In this document: in pieces, positions 42,708-52,673 of the stretch
Position numbering within the stretch: the stretch's first letter is position 1
Layout of the letters: every line of letters begins with the position of its first letter
Source: Elusimicrobiales bacterium
GTDB taxonomy: Bacteria; Elusimicrobiota; Elusimicrobia; Elusimicrobiales; Elusimicrobiaceae
Assembly (NCBI GenBank): GCA_028688475.1
Contig: JAQTYB010000002.1
Coordinates: 10,126 to 74,125 of the forward strand
DNA: 64,000 bases
Reading direction: 5' to 3'
The notes under the pieces: generated by a model
What the model saw: only the letters and a program-made list of their open reading frames with translations
Told to the model about the DNA's origin: nothing
Database searches by the model: none
Position numbers and translations under genes: made by a program

Positions 42708-43010
42708 ATGCCTGCCAGAAACTATGAGGATGTTGAAACAGCGCTGCATTCGCGCATGGACGTGTTGCGCGGGAAATATCATGTGAAAAAAATAGGCGTT
42801 TTCGGTTCATTCGCGCAGGGGCGGCAGACCGCAAAAAGCGATGTGGATATATTGGTGTCTTTTTCCGTGCCCATCGGATTATTTCATTTCGTACGCACGG
42901 AAAAATATATCAGAGGCGTTCTCGGACGGAAAGTGGATATCGCGACGCAAGCCGCGTTAAAACCGGAAATAAAACATTCCGTGCTCGGCGAAGTCCGCTA
43001 TATATCATGA
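42708..43010 (+). CDS. MNT-type nucleotidyltransferase (antitoxin of HEPN/MNT toxin-antitoxin modules)
   Basis: The core is KIGVFGSFAQGRQTAKSDVDILVSF. ATG 42708 is preferred; the alternative start is TTG 42684. Confidence 0.75.
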   Translation: MPARNYEDVETALHSRMDVLRGKYHVKKIGVFGSFAQGRQTAKSDVDILVSFSVPIGLFHFVRTEKYIRGVLGRKVDIATQAALKPEIKHSVLGEVRYIS

Positions 43011-43051
43011 CACGGAATATGGGCTTGTATTTCAGCGCTTCCGGTATTTGA
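43007..43051 (+). pseudogene. 14-codon stub at the position where the HEPN (DUF86) toxin gene is expected
   Basis: ATG 43007 overlaps the MNT stop (ATGA), the usual MNT-HEPN junction. The frame stops after MTRNMGLYFSASGI*. Confidence 0.3.
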
Positions 43052-43077
43052 CAAACGGACGCTTAAGAATTTAGAAT
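43048..43077 (+). promoter_or_regulatory. near-consensus sigma70 promoter TTGACA-18 nt-TAGAAT of the rib operon
   Basis: Hexamers read at 43048-43053 and 43072-43077. The predicted transcription start coincides with the 5' end of the FMN riboswitch. Confidence 0.55.
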
Positions 43078-43084
43078 AAAAATA

Positions 43085-43232
43085 TACTCTTCGGGGCAAG
43101 GTGGAATTCCTGGCCGGCGGTACAGCCCGCGAGCTTTCGGTAGAAAGCATGACTTGGTGAAATTCCAAGGCCGATCGTAAAGCCGAGATGTGAGAAGAGC
43201 CGCTGTGCGTGTTTTTGCGCACGCATGATTTT
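43085..43232 (+). promoter_or_regulatory. FMN riboswitch (RFN element) with terminator-type expression platform
   Basis: The conserved RFN core is CTCTTCGGGGCAAGGTGGAATTCCTGGCCGGCGGTACAGCCCGCGAGC...GACTTGGTGAAATTCCAAGGCCGATCGTAAAGCCGAGATGTGAGAAGAG. A hairpin (43204-43227) plus ATTTT follows. It lies directly upstream of ribBA. Confidence 0.9.
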
Positions 43233-43275
43233 AACGCCCTGGAGCATTCCGCGGCGTTATTTTTTTGGAGGTACC

Positions 43276-44472
43276 GTGATAAAGCCGGTTTTTTCGCCGA
43301 TTGCAGATGTTATAAAGGATGTGCGCGCCGGAAGGCCCGTGGTAATCGTGGATGACGAAGGCCGCGAAAACGAGGGCGATATCGTAATCGCCGCCGCACG
43401 CTGCACGCCGCAGGCGATAAATTTCATGGCAAGCTGCGGACGCGGCCTGATATGTGTGCCGATGACCGCCGAAAGGCTTGATGAACTGGGGTTGCAGCGG
43501 ATGGCGGCGCAGTCCGGCGACCCGTACAAGACCGACTGGGCGGTTTCGGTGGATGCGAAAAAAGGCGTAACCACCGGCATCTCGGCGGCGGACAGGGCGC
43601 GCACCGTCGCGGCGCTGCTAAATCCAAAAACGCGGCCCGAAGACCTTGTAAAACCGGGGCATCTGTTTCCGCTGCGCGCGAAGGAAGGCGGCGTGCTCGC
43701 GCGCGCGGGCCATACCGAGGCCGCCGTGGACCTGGCGCGGCTGGCGGGGCTCGCGCCTGCCGGAGTAATCTGCGAGATAATGAACGATGACGGCACTATG
43801 GCCCGCGTTCCCCAGCTTTGGAAATTCTGCCTGAAGCACAAGCTGAAATTCGCCTCCGTGGCGGATATAATCGCCCACCGCCGCCGCGCCGAAACGCTGG
43901 TGGAAAAAATGGCCTCGGCGCGGCTGCCGACACGTTTCGGCGAATTCGCCATGACGGTATACCGCAGCCTGACCGACGGGCGCGAGCACGCGGCCCTCGT
44001 CGCCGGAAATCCCGGCGAAACGGCGCTGGTGCGCGTGCATTCGGAGTGTTTCACCGGCGACGTGATGGGTTCCGTCAGGTGCGACTGCGGATTGCAGCTT
44101 CACGCCGCGCTCAGGATGATTTCCGAAAACGGCTGCGGTGTGCTTTTGTACATGCGCCAGGAAGGCCGGGGCATAGGGCTGGTCAACAAGCTCAAAGCCT
44201 ACGGTTTGCAGGACTGCGGCCTTGACACCGTCGAGGCAAACCGCGCGCTGGGCTTCGCGCCCGACTTGCGCGATTACGGCGAGGGCGCGCAGATTCTGGC
44301 CGATTTGGGAATAAAAAAACTGTGCCTGCTGACCAACAATCCGCGCAAGGTGGCGGGGCTTTCCGGCTACGGGCTCAAAATAGTCAAACGCGTGCCGCTT
44401 GTCATCCCGGAAAACCCGGAAAGCAGGCGCTATCTCAAAACCAAAAAAACCAAGCTGGGACATTACCTGTGA
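43276..44472 (+). CDS. ribBA: bifunctional 3,4-dihydroxy-2-butanone-4-phosphate synthase / GTP cyclohydrolase II
   Basis: GTG 43276 is preceded by GGAGG; the longer ORF from 43225 would start inside the riboswitch terminator. DHBP synthase ([16 protein letters not shown]) and GCH-II ([12 protein letters not shown]...CDCG) motifs are present. Confidence 0.9.
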   Translation: MIKPVFSPIADVIKDVRAGRPVVIVDDEGRENEGDIVIAAARCTPQAINFMASCGRGLICVPMTAERLDELGLQRMAAQSGDPYKTDWAVSVDAKKGVTTGISAADRARTVAALLNPKTRPEDLVKPGHLFPLRAKEGGVLARAGHTEAAVDLARLAGLAPAGVICEIMNDDGTMARVPQLWKFCLKHKLKFASVADIIAHRRRAETLVEKMASARLPTRFGEFAMTVYRSLTDGREHAALVAGNPGETALVRVHSECFTGDVMGSVRCDCGLQLHAALRMISENGCGVLLYMRQEGRGIGLVNKLKAYGLQDCGLDTVEANRALGFAPDLRDYGEGAQILADLGIKKLCLLTNNPRKVAGLSGYGLKIVKRVPLVIPENPESRRYLKTKKTKLGHYL

Positions 44473-44480
44473 GGTGATAC

Positions 44481-44960
44481 ATGTCTGACATAAAAACAAT
44501 CGAAGGCAGGCTCGACGGCGCGGGACTGCGCTTTGCCGTGGCGGTTTCCCGCTTCAACGACTTCATGACCTCCAAACTGCTAGACGGCGCGGTGGACGCG
44601 CTTGTGCGCCACAACGTCGCGGAAAAGGATATTTCGGTGGTGAAAGTGCCCGGCTCCTTTGAACTGCCGCAGGCGGCGCAGAGGCTTGCCGGCTCAAAAA
44701 AATACGATGCGGTAATCTGCCTCGGCACGGTCATACGCGGCGCGACTTCGCATTACGAACTGGTCGCCGCCGAAGCCGCGCGCGGCATCGCGCAGGCCGC
44801 CATGCATAGCGGCGTGCCGGTGGTGTTCGGCGTGGTGACGGCCGAAAATCTTGAGCAGGCTATAGAGCGCGCCGGTTCCAAACAGGGCAACAAAGGCGCG
44901 CAATCTGCCGCCACCGCTATCGAGATGGCGGATTTATGGCGCAAACTTCCCGCAAAATGA
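44481..44960 (+). CDS. ribH: 6,7-dimethyl-8-ribityllumazine synthase
   Basis: 159-aa ORF with [28 protein letters not shown] and TSHYE motifs. Confidence 0.92.
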   Translation: MSDIKTIEGRLDGAGLRFAVAVSRFNDFMTSKLLDGAVDALVRHNVAEKDISVVKVPGSFELPQAAQRLAGSKKYDAVICLGTVIRGATSHYELVAAEAARGIAQAAMHSGVPVVFGVVTAENLEQAIERAGSKQGNKGAQSAATAIEMADLWRKLPAK

Positions 44961-46057
44961 ACGACGAGGAATTGCTGCGCCGCGCCTTGTCGCTTGCGCC
45001 AAACGGCGCTATCGGCGCGCATCCAAATCCAATGGTGGGCGCGGTGGTGGCCAAATCGGGGCGCGTCATCGGCGAAGGCTGGCATGAATATTTCGGAGGG
45101 CCGCACGCGGAGATAAACGCGCTTGCCGCCGCCGGAAAACGCGCGCGCGGCGGCACGCTGTATGTCACGCTGGAACCCTGCTCCACCTTCGGCAAAACGC
45201 CGCCCTGCACGGACGCGATAATTAAAGCGCGAATCGCGCGCGTGGTTTTCGGCGCGGCGGACCCCAATCCCGCAAACGCGGGCCGCGCCGCCATAGTATT
45301 GCGCGCGGCGGGCATCAAGGTTTCCGCCGGATTGCTGCGCGCGGAATGCGCGGCGTTAAATCCCGCTTTCAATAAATTCATGCGCGCCGGAATGCCTTAT
45401 GTCACGGTTAAAATAGCCGAAAGCCTCGACGGAAAAATAACCGACGCGGCGGGGCGTTCGCGCTGGATTTCCGGCCCCGAGTCCCGCGCCAAAACGCATG
45501 AGCTGCGCGCGATGAATGACGCCGTCATCACCGGCATCGGCACGGTGCTCAAAGACAATCCGCTGATGACTGCGCGGCTTGCTAAAGCGTCCCGCCAGCC
45601 GCTGCGCGTGGTGCTCGACAGCAAACTGCAAATCCCGTTTTCGGCTGATATTGTAAAAACGGTGTCGGCGGACGCGCCGGCGCTGATTGCCTGCGCGGAC
45701 GGCGCAAGCGAAAGCAAAATGGACGCGCTCGGGAAATCAGGCTGCGCGGTGTTCATGTTCAAATCCTCCGACGGCAAGGTGCCGCTCAAACCGCTTTTGC
45801 GCGAGTTGGGCAAGTACGGAATTTCCTGCGCGCTGGTGGAGGCGGGGGCCGCGCTTACCGGCGCGTTCAACGACGCGGGGCTCATAGACAGATACGTTCT
45901 TTTCGTCGCGCCAACGGTGCTGGGCGGCAAAACCGCGCTGCCAGCGCTCGGCGGAAAAGGCGTGCTGAAAAATTACGGCGGATTGCTCGGTTTGCGGCTG
46001 AAAAACGTCTCAATCGCCATGTGCGGCGGCGATATCATGGTGACGGGGGAGCGCTGA
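44957..46057 (+). CDS. ribD: bifunctional riboflavin biosynthesis deaminase/reductase
   Basis: ATG 44957 overlaps the ribH stop (ATGA). It has the deaminase zinc motifs HAE and PCxxxGxxPPC ([13 protein letters not shown]) plus a C-terminal reductase domain. Confidence 0.9.
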   Translation: MNDEELLRRALSLAPNGAIGAHPNPMVGAVVAKSGRVIGEGWHEYFGGPHAEINALAAAGKRARGGTLYVTLEPCSTFGKTPPCTDAIIKARIARVVFGAADPNPANAGRAAIVLRAAGIKVSAGLLRAECAALNPAFNKFMRAGMPYVTVKIAESLDGKITDAAGRSRWISGPESRAKTHELRAMNDAVITGIGTVLKDNPLMTARLAKASRQPLRVVLDSKLQIPFSADIVKTVSADAPALIACADGASESKMDALGKSGCAVFMFKSSDGKVPLKPLLRELGKYGISCALVEAGAALTGAFNDAGLIDRYVLFVAPTVLGGKTALPALGGKGVLKNYGGLLGLRLKNVSIAMCGGDIMVTGER

Positions 46058-46692
46058 TGTTTACCGGCATAATCGAGGCGCAGGGGCGGGTGCTGAAAAC
46101 TGTCGTCGCGTCTTCAGGCGGCGCGCTGGAAATAAAACTGCCTTCCGGCTGGACGCCAGCCCTCGGTGAGAGCATAGCGGTAAACGGTGCGTGCCTTACC
46201 GTAACCGCGTTTTCAAACGGCGCGGCAAGTTTCGACGCTTCGCCGGAAACGCTGGAAAAAAGCACGGTCGCCTCGCTGCGTCCCGGCATGGCGGTGAATC
46301 TGGAACGCGCGTTGCAGTCCGGCGCGCGTTTCGGCGGGCACATAGTAACCGGCCATGTGGATGGCAAAGCTCGTCTTGAAAGCGCGCTGCGGCGCGGGGA
46401 GTTCACGGCGCTGCGCTTTTCCGCAGCGCCTGGGATAATGGCGGATATAGTGGCGAAAGGCTCGGTCGCGTTGGACGGGATAAGCCTCACGGTGTCGGCG
46501 GTTTCGGAGAACGGTTTTGAAATAGCGGTAATTCCTCACACGCTGGAAAACTCAACTCTCGGCGCTGCAAAACCGGGCGGTTTGTTCAATATCGAAACCG
46601 ACATCCTCGCCAAATACGTCCGCAAATCCGTCGCTCATATCCCCGCAAGCCGAATAACCGAGGATTTTCTGCGAGAAAACGGATTTTTTTGA
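46057..46692 (+). CDS. ribE: riboflavin synthase (alpha chain)
   Basis: ATG 46057 overlaps the ribD stop. It has the MFTGIIE N-terminus and duplicated lumazine-binding repeats (SIAVNGACLTV and SVALDGISLTV). Confidence 0.92.
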   Translation: MFTGIIEAQGRVLKTVVASSGGALEIKLPSGWTPALGESIAVNGACLTVTAFSNGAASFDASPETLEKSTVASLRPGMAVNLERALQSGARFGGHIVTGHVDGKARLESALRRGEFTALRFSAAPGIMADIVAKGSVALDGISLTVSAVSENGFEIAVIPHTLENSTLGAAKPGGLFNIETDILAKYVRKSVAHIPASRITEDFLRENGFF

Positions 46693-46694
46693 AC

Positions 46695-47957
46695 TCATTT
46701 TTCAGCAGGTCCGGTTTTGCCGGAGCGCTGGCGCATCCAGTCGCCGAAAAGCAGGCCGCGTCCGTTGAGGCGGTTGATGACTTCGGAATAAAGCCGCAGC
46801 GTCGGAGCGGGGCGCTCGGCGGCGAAGGCGGTCCCCGGCAGCGGCATGAAAGTGTGCGCGTGAATGCGCGCGCCGCGGGCGGTCAAAGCCTCAAGCGCGG
46901 CTATGGTGAGGCGCGCGTCCTCTTGCGTCTCGCCGGGAAGGCCGAAGATGAAATCCACGCTGGCTTTGAGTCCGGCGGCAAGCGTAAGTTCCGCCGCGCG
47001 CATGAAATCGTCCACGCTGTGGCCCCTGCGGCATTTTTCAAGCAGGCGCGGGCTGGCGGTCTGCGCGCCGATTACGAGATTGTCGTTGTCGCAAAAACGC
47101 TTTACGAGGGCTATGGTCTGCGGCGTTACGTGCTCCGGCCTCACCTCGGACGGAAAAGAGCCGTAAAAAACTTTGCCCCCCGACGGTTTCATAACCGCGG
47201 AAAGCTTTGAGAGCAATTCCTCCAGCGCGGCGAGATTGACGGTTTTCCCGTCCGGCGAGCCGTAGGCGAAGGCGTCGGGCGTTACCGCGCGGAAGTGGCC
47301 CAATCCGCGCTTGGCGAGCCGTCCGGCAAAACCGCAAATGACATCCGCTCCGCGATGGCGCATAGCCGTGCCGAAATGGCCGGAGGTGCGGCAGAACGAG
47401 CAGGCGTTGGGACAGCCGCGCGTTATTTCAATCGCGCCGAAAAGCTCCTGCCTGAAGGAAACCGGAGGATAGGCGTCAAGAACGGCGGGCGCGGGCTTGG
47501 GGTTGAGCCGCAATTTGCCGCCGTCAATAAACGCCAACCCGCGGATTTTCCGCCATTCCCCGCCGCCGGCCAGCGCGCATAGAAGTTCAGGGAAAGCCGC
47601 CTCGCCTTCGCCGACGACAACAGCGTCGAACCCCGCCTCCAGCGTCTCAAGCGGCAACGCGCCGGCGTGCGCGCCGCCCGCGGCGCAAAAAACCGCGTCG
47701 CCCCAATCGCGCTTGAGGCGCGCAACCTCGGCGTAAACCCCGCGCGCCTGCCCTGTGAAAAAACTGAAAGCCGCGACGCACGGGCGCGCGCGCCCTGCAT
47801 GAGCTGAGACGGCCTGGAAAAAATCCGCAGCGCTTTTCGGGCGCAGCACGACCCAGTCGTCCAGTTCGGGCCGCGTTTCCATAGCGCCGCAAAGCGCGCA
47901 GACGCTGAGCTTGTTTTCCCGCGCCGCCCTGAATATCAGGCTTGGAGTATGCCGCAT
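46695..47957 (-). CDS. B12-binding-domain / radical SAM protein (function unknown)
   Basis: The CxxxCxxC cluster is TRGCPNACSFC, and the N-terminal region resembles B12-binding rSAM proteins. The start is uncertain (ATG 47957 or 47981; the ORF extends to 48101). Confidence 0.65.
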   Translation of the reverse strand: MRHTPSLIFRAARENKLSVCALCGAMETRPELDDWVVLRPKSAADFFQAVSAHAGRARPCVAAFSFFTGQARGVYAEVARLKRDWGDAVFCAAGGAHAGALPLETLEAGFDAVVVGEGEAAFPELLCALAGGGEWRKIRGLAFIDGGKLRLNPKPAPAVLDAYPPVSFRQELFGAIEITRGCPNACSFCRTSGHFGTAMRHRGADVICGFAGRLAKRGLGHFRAVTPDAFAYGSPDGKTVNLAALEELLSKLSAVMKPSGGKVFYGSFPSEVRPEHVTPQTIALVKRFCDNDNLVIGAQTASPRLLEKCRRGHSVDDFMRAAELTLAAGLKASVDFIFGLPGETQEDARLTIAALEALTARGARIHAHTFMPLPGTAFAAERPAPTLRLYSEVINRLNGRGLLFGDWMRQRSGKTGPAEK

Positions 47958-48006
47958 AACTGGTAAAATGGATTTTGTCATCGCAACACCTGACCGCTTG
48001 AATGAT

Positions 48007-50280
48007 ATGAAACTTGGCCTCACTTTCAAAACCGCAGCCCTGCTGATAGCGCTCGCCGCAGCAATCGCCCTGAGGCCGCTGCTCGACGCCGGTTTCACCA
48101 ACTGGGACGACGACGTTTATGTCACCAACAACACCGCCATAAAAGAGCTGTCGCCGCAAAGCGTGCGCGAAACGCTGACCAGTTTCCACAAGGGCCTCTA
48201 CAAGCCGCTGGTTATGCTCAGCTTCATGGCGGAGTATAAACTGTTCGAACTAAATCCGAAGGTATACCATGCGGACAACCTGCTGCTGCATATCGCAAAC
48301 TGCCTGCTGGCCGCGTGGCTGGCGCTGTCGCTGCTGGGCAGCGCCGAGGCCGCGCTGGCGGCGGGACTGCTGTTCGGGCTGCATCCGCTGCATGTCGAGT
48401 CGGTAGCGTGGGTGTCCGAGCGGAAGGATTTGCTGTTCACGCTGTTTTTTCTGGCGGCGCTGGCGGCCTGGCTGCGCTACCGCAAAAACGGCGCGCGCGC
48501 CGCTTACTGGGCCTCTGCGGCGTTTCTGCTGTGTTCGCTGATGGCGAAGCCGCAGGGGTTCATCCTCCCGCCCGTATTGTTATTGCTGGACTGGTATCAA
48601 GGCCGCCGGCTGGACCAGCGCGCGCTGCTAGATAAACTCCCGCACGCGCTGCTTTGCGCGTTTTTCCTTGCGCTGGCGCTTTTTTCAATCAACCGGGCCG
48701 ACGCGATGTTCAAACACCCCGAGTTGAATCTGTTCGACCGGCTCTGCGTCGCCTCCTACGGGCTGCTGGCGTATGTGAAACGGCTTTTTCTGCCGTTCGG
48801 ACTTTCGGCGGTTTACCCTTATCCCGACAAAACCGGAATGTTTTTGCCGTGGCGGTTTGCCATTGCGCCTTTTGCCGCGGCGGCGTTTTTCGGCGCGCTG
48901 CTGTGGTTTTTCAGAAAAAACAGGGATATCGTTCTTGGAGTTCTCTTTTTCCTTATAACCGTCGCGCCGGGGCTGCAATTCATGCCCATCGCGCCCACGG
49001 TGGCGTTCGACCATTACACCTATCTCGCCTATACCGGAATATTCATCGCCGCCGGAGCCGCGTTCGCGCGATTGTCCGCCTCGGCTAAAGCGGCGGCGCG
49101 GTATGCGGCGTGGACGGCGCTGGCTGCAATCGCAATCGCGCTGGGTTCGCTTTCTTATGTCCGCGCGGGGGTGTGGCGCAACAGCATCACGCTCTGGAAC
49201 GATGTTCTTGAAAAATACCCGGGCAATCAGATAGCGCTCAACAACCGCGCCGTGGCCCGGCTCAACGCGGGCGAACCCAAAGCGGCGCTGATTGACATAG
49301 AGACGGCGATGGCCGCCGCCCCGAAGGAATCGCGCAATTACCTCAACCGTGGCATGGCGCGCAAAGCGCTCGGCGATATTAAAGGCGCGCTGGCGGATTT
49401 CAGTTCCGCCATTGAACTGGAGCCCGGCAATCCGGACGCTTACGTCAACCGCGGCAACTTTTATAACGAGCGCGGCGACTTGAAAGCCGCTATGACGGAT
49501 TATGAGTCGGCGATAAGACTGGACCCGTTGAAAGACGGCGCCTACAACAATCTCGCCGGAACCTGTTACAAGCTGGGCGACGCGCGCAAGGCGCTGCTCA
49601 ATTATTCCATCGCCGTCAAACTCAACCCCGGCTTTGCCGACGCCTGGCTCAACCGCGGCCTGGTCTGCCTTTCGACCGGCAACACCGCCTGCGCCATAAG
49701 CGATTTAAGCAGAGCGGCGCGGCTCGCGCCGCATAACGCGGAGATTTACGCAAAGCGCGGCCTCGCCCTCGCTCTCGCGGGTCGGGCCGAAAAAGCGCTG
49801 GCTGATTATTCCCGCGCGCTTTCGCTCGACCCTAAAAACGCGGAAACTTTTTTTAACCGGGGCTTTGTGGAAATGACACACGCGGACATGGCGGGCGCGG
49901 AATCGGATTTCGGCGCGGCGCTGCGGCTGCGTCCGGATTATGCCGCCGCCTATATGAACCGCGCGGGGGTTTATTTCGCCACGCGCCGCTACGACATGGC
50001 GGTGAAGGACTTTTCGAAAGCGCTGGAACTGGAACCCGGCTCGGCGCAGGCTTACAATAACCGCGGGCTGGCGCGCGCCGCGCAGGGCAAAATGCCGGCG
50101 GCCCTGTCCGATTTCGGCAAAGCCATAGCGCTGCGCCCGGATTACGCGAAGGCCTACGCCAACAGGGCCGCGCTGCGCCTGAAGCTGGGCCTCCGCGCGG
50201 CCTGCCTGTCGGACGCTAAAAAGGCGCTGGCCCTCAATCCCGGACTGGCTGCAATCACACAAGAATGCAAACCCCGCTGA
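48007..50280 (+). CDS. TMTC-like GT-C glycosyltransferase (DUF1736 membrane domain) with C-terminal TPR array
   Basis: ORF trimmed to ATG 48007 (MKLGLTFKTAALLIALAAAIA). It has FTNWDDDVYVTNN and GLHPLHVESVAWVSERKDLL (DUF1736-type), about 9 TM helices and about 10 TPR units. A candidate extended -10, TGGTAAAAT, lies at 47961-47969. Confidence 0.75.
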   Translation: MKLGLTFKTAALLIALAAAIALRPLLDAGFTNWDDDVYVTNNTAIKELSPQSVRETLTSFHKGLYKPLVMLSFMAEYKLFELNPKVYHADNLLLHIANCLLAAWLALSLLGSAEAALAAGLLFGLHPLHVESVAWVSERKDLLFTLFFLAALAAWLRYRKNGARAAYWASAAFLLCSLMAKPQGFILPPVLLLLDWYQGRRLDQRALLDKLPHALLCAFFLALALFSINRADAMFKHPELNLFDRLCVASYGLLAYVKRLFLPFGLSAVYPYPDKTGMFLPWRFAIAPFAAAAFFGALLWFFRKNRDIVLGVLFFLITVAPGLQFMPIAPTVAFDHYTYLAYTGIFIAAGAAFARLSASAKAAARYAAWTALAAIAIALGSLSYVRAGVWRNSITLWNDVLEKYPGNQIALNNRAVARLNAGEPKAALIDIETAMAAAPKESRNYLNRGMARKALGDIKGALADFSSAIELEPGNPDAYVNRGNFYNERGDLKAAMTDYESAIRLDPLKDGAYNNLAGTCYKLGDARKALLNYSIAVKLNPGFADAWLNRGLVCLSTGNTACAISDLSRAARLAPHNAEIYAKRGLALALAGRAEKALADYSRALSLDPKNAETFFNRGFVEMTHADMAGAESDFGAALRLRPDYAAAYMNRAGVYFATRRYDMAVKDFSKALELEPGSAQAYNNRGLARAAQGKMPAALSDFGKAIALRPDYAKAYANRAALRLKLGLRAACLSDAKKALALNPGLAAITQECKPR

Positions 50281-52673
50281 TACCGCAAAAGCTTCTCAAC
50301 GCAAAAGCCGCGCTGGCCGCGCTGCTGCTGCTGTCCGCGCTGGCGCTGTCCCCCGCGCTGAAAGCGGGTTTTGTGAACTGGGACGACAATTTCTATGTCA
50401 CCGAAAATCCCGCCATCACCACCCTGTCGCCGGAGAACGTGAAGCATATTTTCTCCAGCTTCCAGCGCGGGCTCTACACTCCGCTTACGGTGCTCAGTTT
50501 CGCCGCCGAGTATAAGCTGGCGGGACTAAACCCCGCGCTTTACCACGCCACCAACCTTGCGCTGCATCTGGCGAATTGCGCGCTGGTGTTTTTGCTCGTG
50601 ACGGAATTGGGAGCGGGGTTATACGCGGCGTTTTTTATCGCGCTGTTTTTCGGGCTGCATCCGGTCAACGTGGAATCCGTGGCCTGGGTTTCGGAACGCA
50701 AGGAGCTGCTGCACGCGCTGTTTTGCCTCGGCGCGCTGTATTCGTACGCGCGGTGGATAAAAAGCGGCGACCTGCGGCTGGCCGCGCTTTCGCCGCTGCT
50801 GTTCGCGCTCGGACTCATGGGCAAGCCGCAAAGCGTCTGGATGCCGTTCGCGCTGGTTTTCATTGATTTCGCCGCAGGCAGGAAGTTCGACCGCCGCGCC
50901 GTGTGCGACAAGCTCGCTTTTATCGCGCTGGCGCTGTCATTCGGCGGCATGGCGTTTTTGCTGGCGCGCAAAATCGGCGTCATTTATCACAGGCCCGGAT
51001 TCGGGTTTTACGAGAACCTGTGCGTGGCGGCTTACGGGCTGCTGTCGTATCTGGCGAGGCTGGTTCTTCCGGTGAAGCTTTGCGCGATTTATCCGTACCC
51101 GCAGGTGACAGCGGGCAGGCTGCCTTTCGCATTCGCGTGGGCGCCGCTTTCCGCCGCGGTTGTTGTCCCGGCGCTTTTATACGCCGCGCGCAAAGACCGG
51201 CGCGTTCTGGCGGGAATCCTGTTTTTCATAGCCGCCGCGGGGCCGGGACTGCAACTGCTGCCCGTCGCGCCGTCGGTGGCTTTCGACCATTACGCCTATC
51301 TGCCTTATATAGGCCTTTTGTGCGCGGCGGCCGCCGGCGCGGAAAATCTGATTGCCGCGCGCCCGGAAACAGGAAAACCCGTTTTCGCGGCGGCATGGGC
51401 GCTGGCGGCGGTTTTTGGGGTAATGTCGTTTATGCGCGCGCAGGTATGGCATGACCCTTTGAGCCTGTGGAACGACGTCATCGCCAAATACCCCCGGACC
51501 TCGCTGGCCTACTCGAACCGCGCCGTGGCGCTGGCGGCGGAAAACAAGGCGCAGCAGGCGCTGCAAGACCTCGACAAGGCGCTGGAGCTTCAGCCGGACA
51601 ACACCGACGCGCTCGCCAACCGCTGCGGACTGTATCTGGCGCGGGGAAAAGACGATATCGCGCTAAGGGACTGCGACCGCGCTCTGGCGCTTGCGCCGAA
51701 TATCTCGGGCGCGTGGCAGAACCGCGGCCTCATATATCTCAAACGCAGGGATTACGCCGCCGCGCTGGAAAATTTCAACAACGCCATCAGGGCGAAGCCG
51801 CTGTCCGCGTCCGCCTGGATGAGCCGCGCGCTGCTGTACGAGGCGGCCGCAAAACCGCAAAAAGCCCTTGACGATTACATGACGGCGATGCGGCTCAACC
51901 CTTTATCGGCAGCGGCAAAACGCGGCGCCGCCGCCGTGCTGGCGAAGGCGGGCGACTCGCAGAACCTGCGCAGACTGCTCGCGGGCGAAGGCGGGGACCC
52001 GCAGTCCGCGCAGGCGTACATGGCATCCGGCGAAGGCTGCCTTGAAAACGGAAATTACCGCTGCGCGGCGGGCGAGTTATCCCAGGCGCTCAACCTCGGC
52101 GCGGACGCGGCGAAAGCGCGCACCATGCGCGCAGCCGCCTACGGCGCGCTGGGCATGCTGGACAATTCGCTTGAGGATTACGCCGCCGCTCTCCTGGCCT
52201 CGCCGGATTATATAGACGCTTACTACAACCGCGGCTTCATGTTCATAGCGCTTAAGCGCTATGACGAGGCGAAACGCGATATGGATAAAGTCATCAGCCT
52301 CAAACCCGATTCCGGCGGGGCTTACCTGAACCGCGGCGGCATCTGTCTGGCGACGGGAAAATATAAAGAAGCCGTGTCGGACCTGACAAAAGCCGCCGAT
52401 TTGCGCTACAGCCCGGCGTCCACGCTCACGAACCGCGCGCTGGCTTACCGGGCGCTGGGGGATATCCGCGCCGCGCTGGCGGATTTGAGCAAAGTCCTCG
52501 CGTTAAACCCGGAGCATGAAAACGCGCTGCTGCTCCGCGCGGAAATAAACCTTATGCCCGGCGGAGACCGCCGCGCAGCGGCGGCGGATTTGGACAGGCT
52601 GCTTTCGCTCAACCCGCGCAACGCCCCGGCTCTGGCGCTGCGCGCGAAAACGCGCGCGGACAAGGGGAAATAA
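50265..52673 (+). CDS. TMTC-like GT-C glycosyltransferase with C-terminal TPR array (tandem paralog)
   Basis: 802-aa ORF that overlaps the upstream paralog by 16 nt. It has the same motifs (FVNWDDNFYVTEN, GLHPVNVESVAWVSERKELL) and a long TPR region. Confidence 0.75.
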   Translation: MQTPLIPQKLLNAKAALAALLLLSALALSPALKAGFVNWDDNFYVTENPAITTLSPENVKHIFSSFQRGLYTPLTVLSFAAEYKLAGLNPALYHATNLALHLANCALVFLLVTELGAGLYAAFFIALFFGLHPVNVESVAWVSERKELLHALFCLGALYSYARWIKSGDLRLAALSPLLFALGLMGKPQSVWMPFALVFIDFAAGRKFDRRAVCDKLAFIALALSFGGMAFLLARKIGVIYHRPGFGFYENLCVAAYGLLSYLARLVLPVKLCAIYPYPQVTAGRLPFAFAWAPLSAAVVVPALLYAARKDRRVLAGILFFIAAAGPGLQLLPVAPSVAFDHYAYLPYIGLLCAAAAGAENLIAARPETGKPVFAAAWALAAVFGVMSFMRAQVWHDPLSLWNDVIAKYPRTSLAYSNRAVALAAENKAQQALQDLDKALELQPDNTDALANRCGLYLARGKDDIALRDCDRALALAPNISGAWQNRGLIYLKRRDYAAALENFNNAIRAKPLSASAWMSRALLYEAAAKPQKALDDYMTAMRLNPLSAAAKRGAAAVLAKAGDSQNLRRLLAGEGGDPQSAQAYMASGEGCLENGNYRCAAGELSQALNLGADAAKARTMRAAAYGALGMLDNSLEDYAAALLASPDYIDAYYNRGFMFIALKRYDEAKRDMDKVISLKPDSGGAYLNRGGICLATGKYKEAVSDLTKAADLRYSPASTLTNRALAYRALGDIRAALADLSKVLALNPEHENALLLRAEINLMPGGDRRAAAADLDRLLSLNPRNAPALALRAKTRADKGK

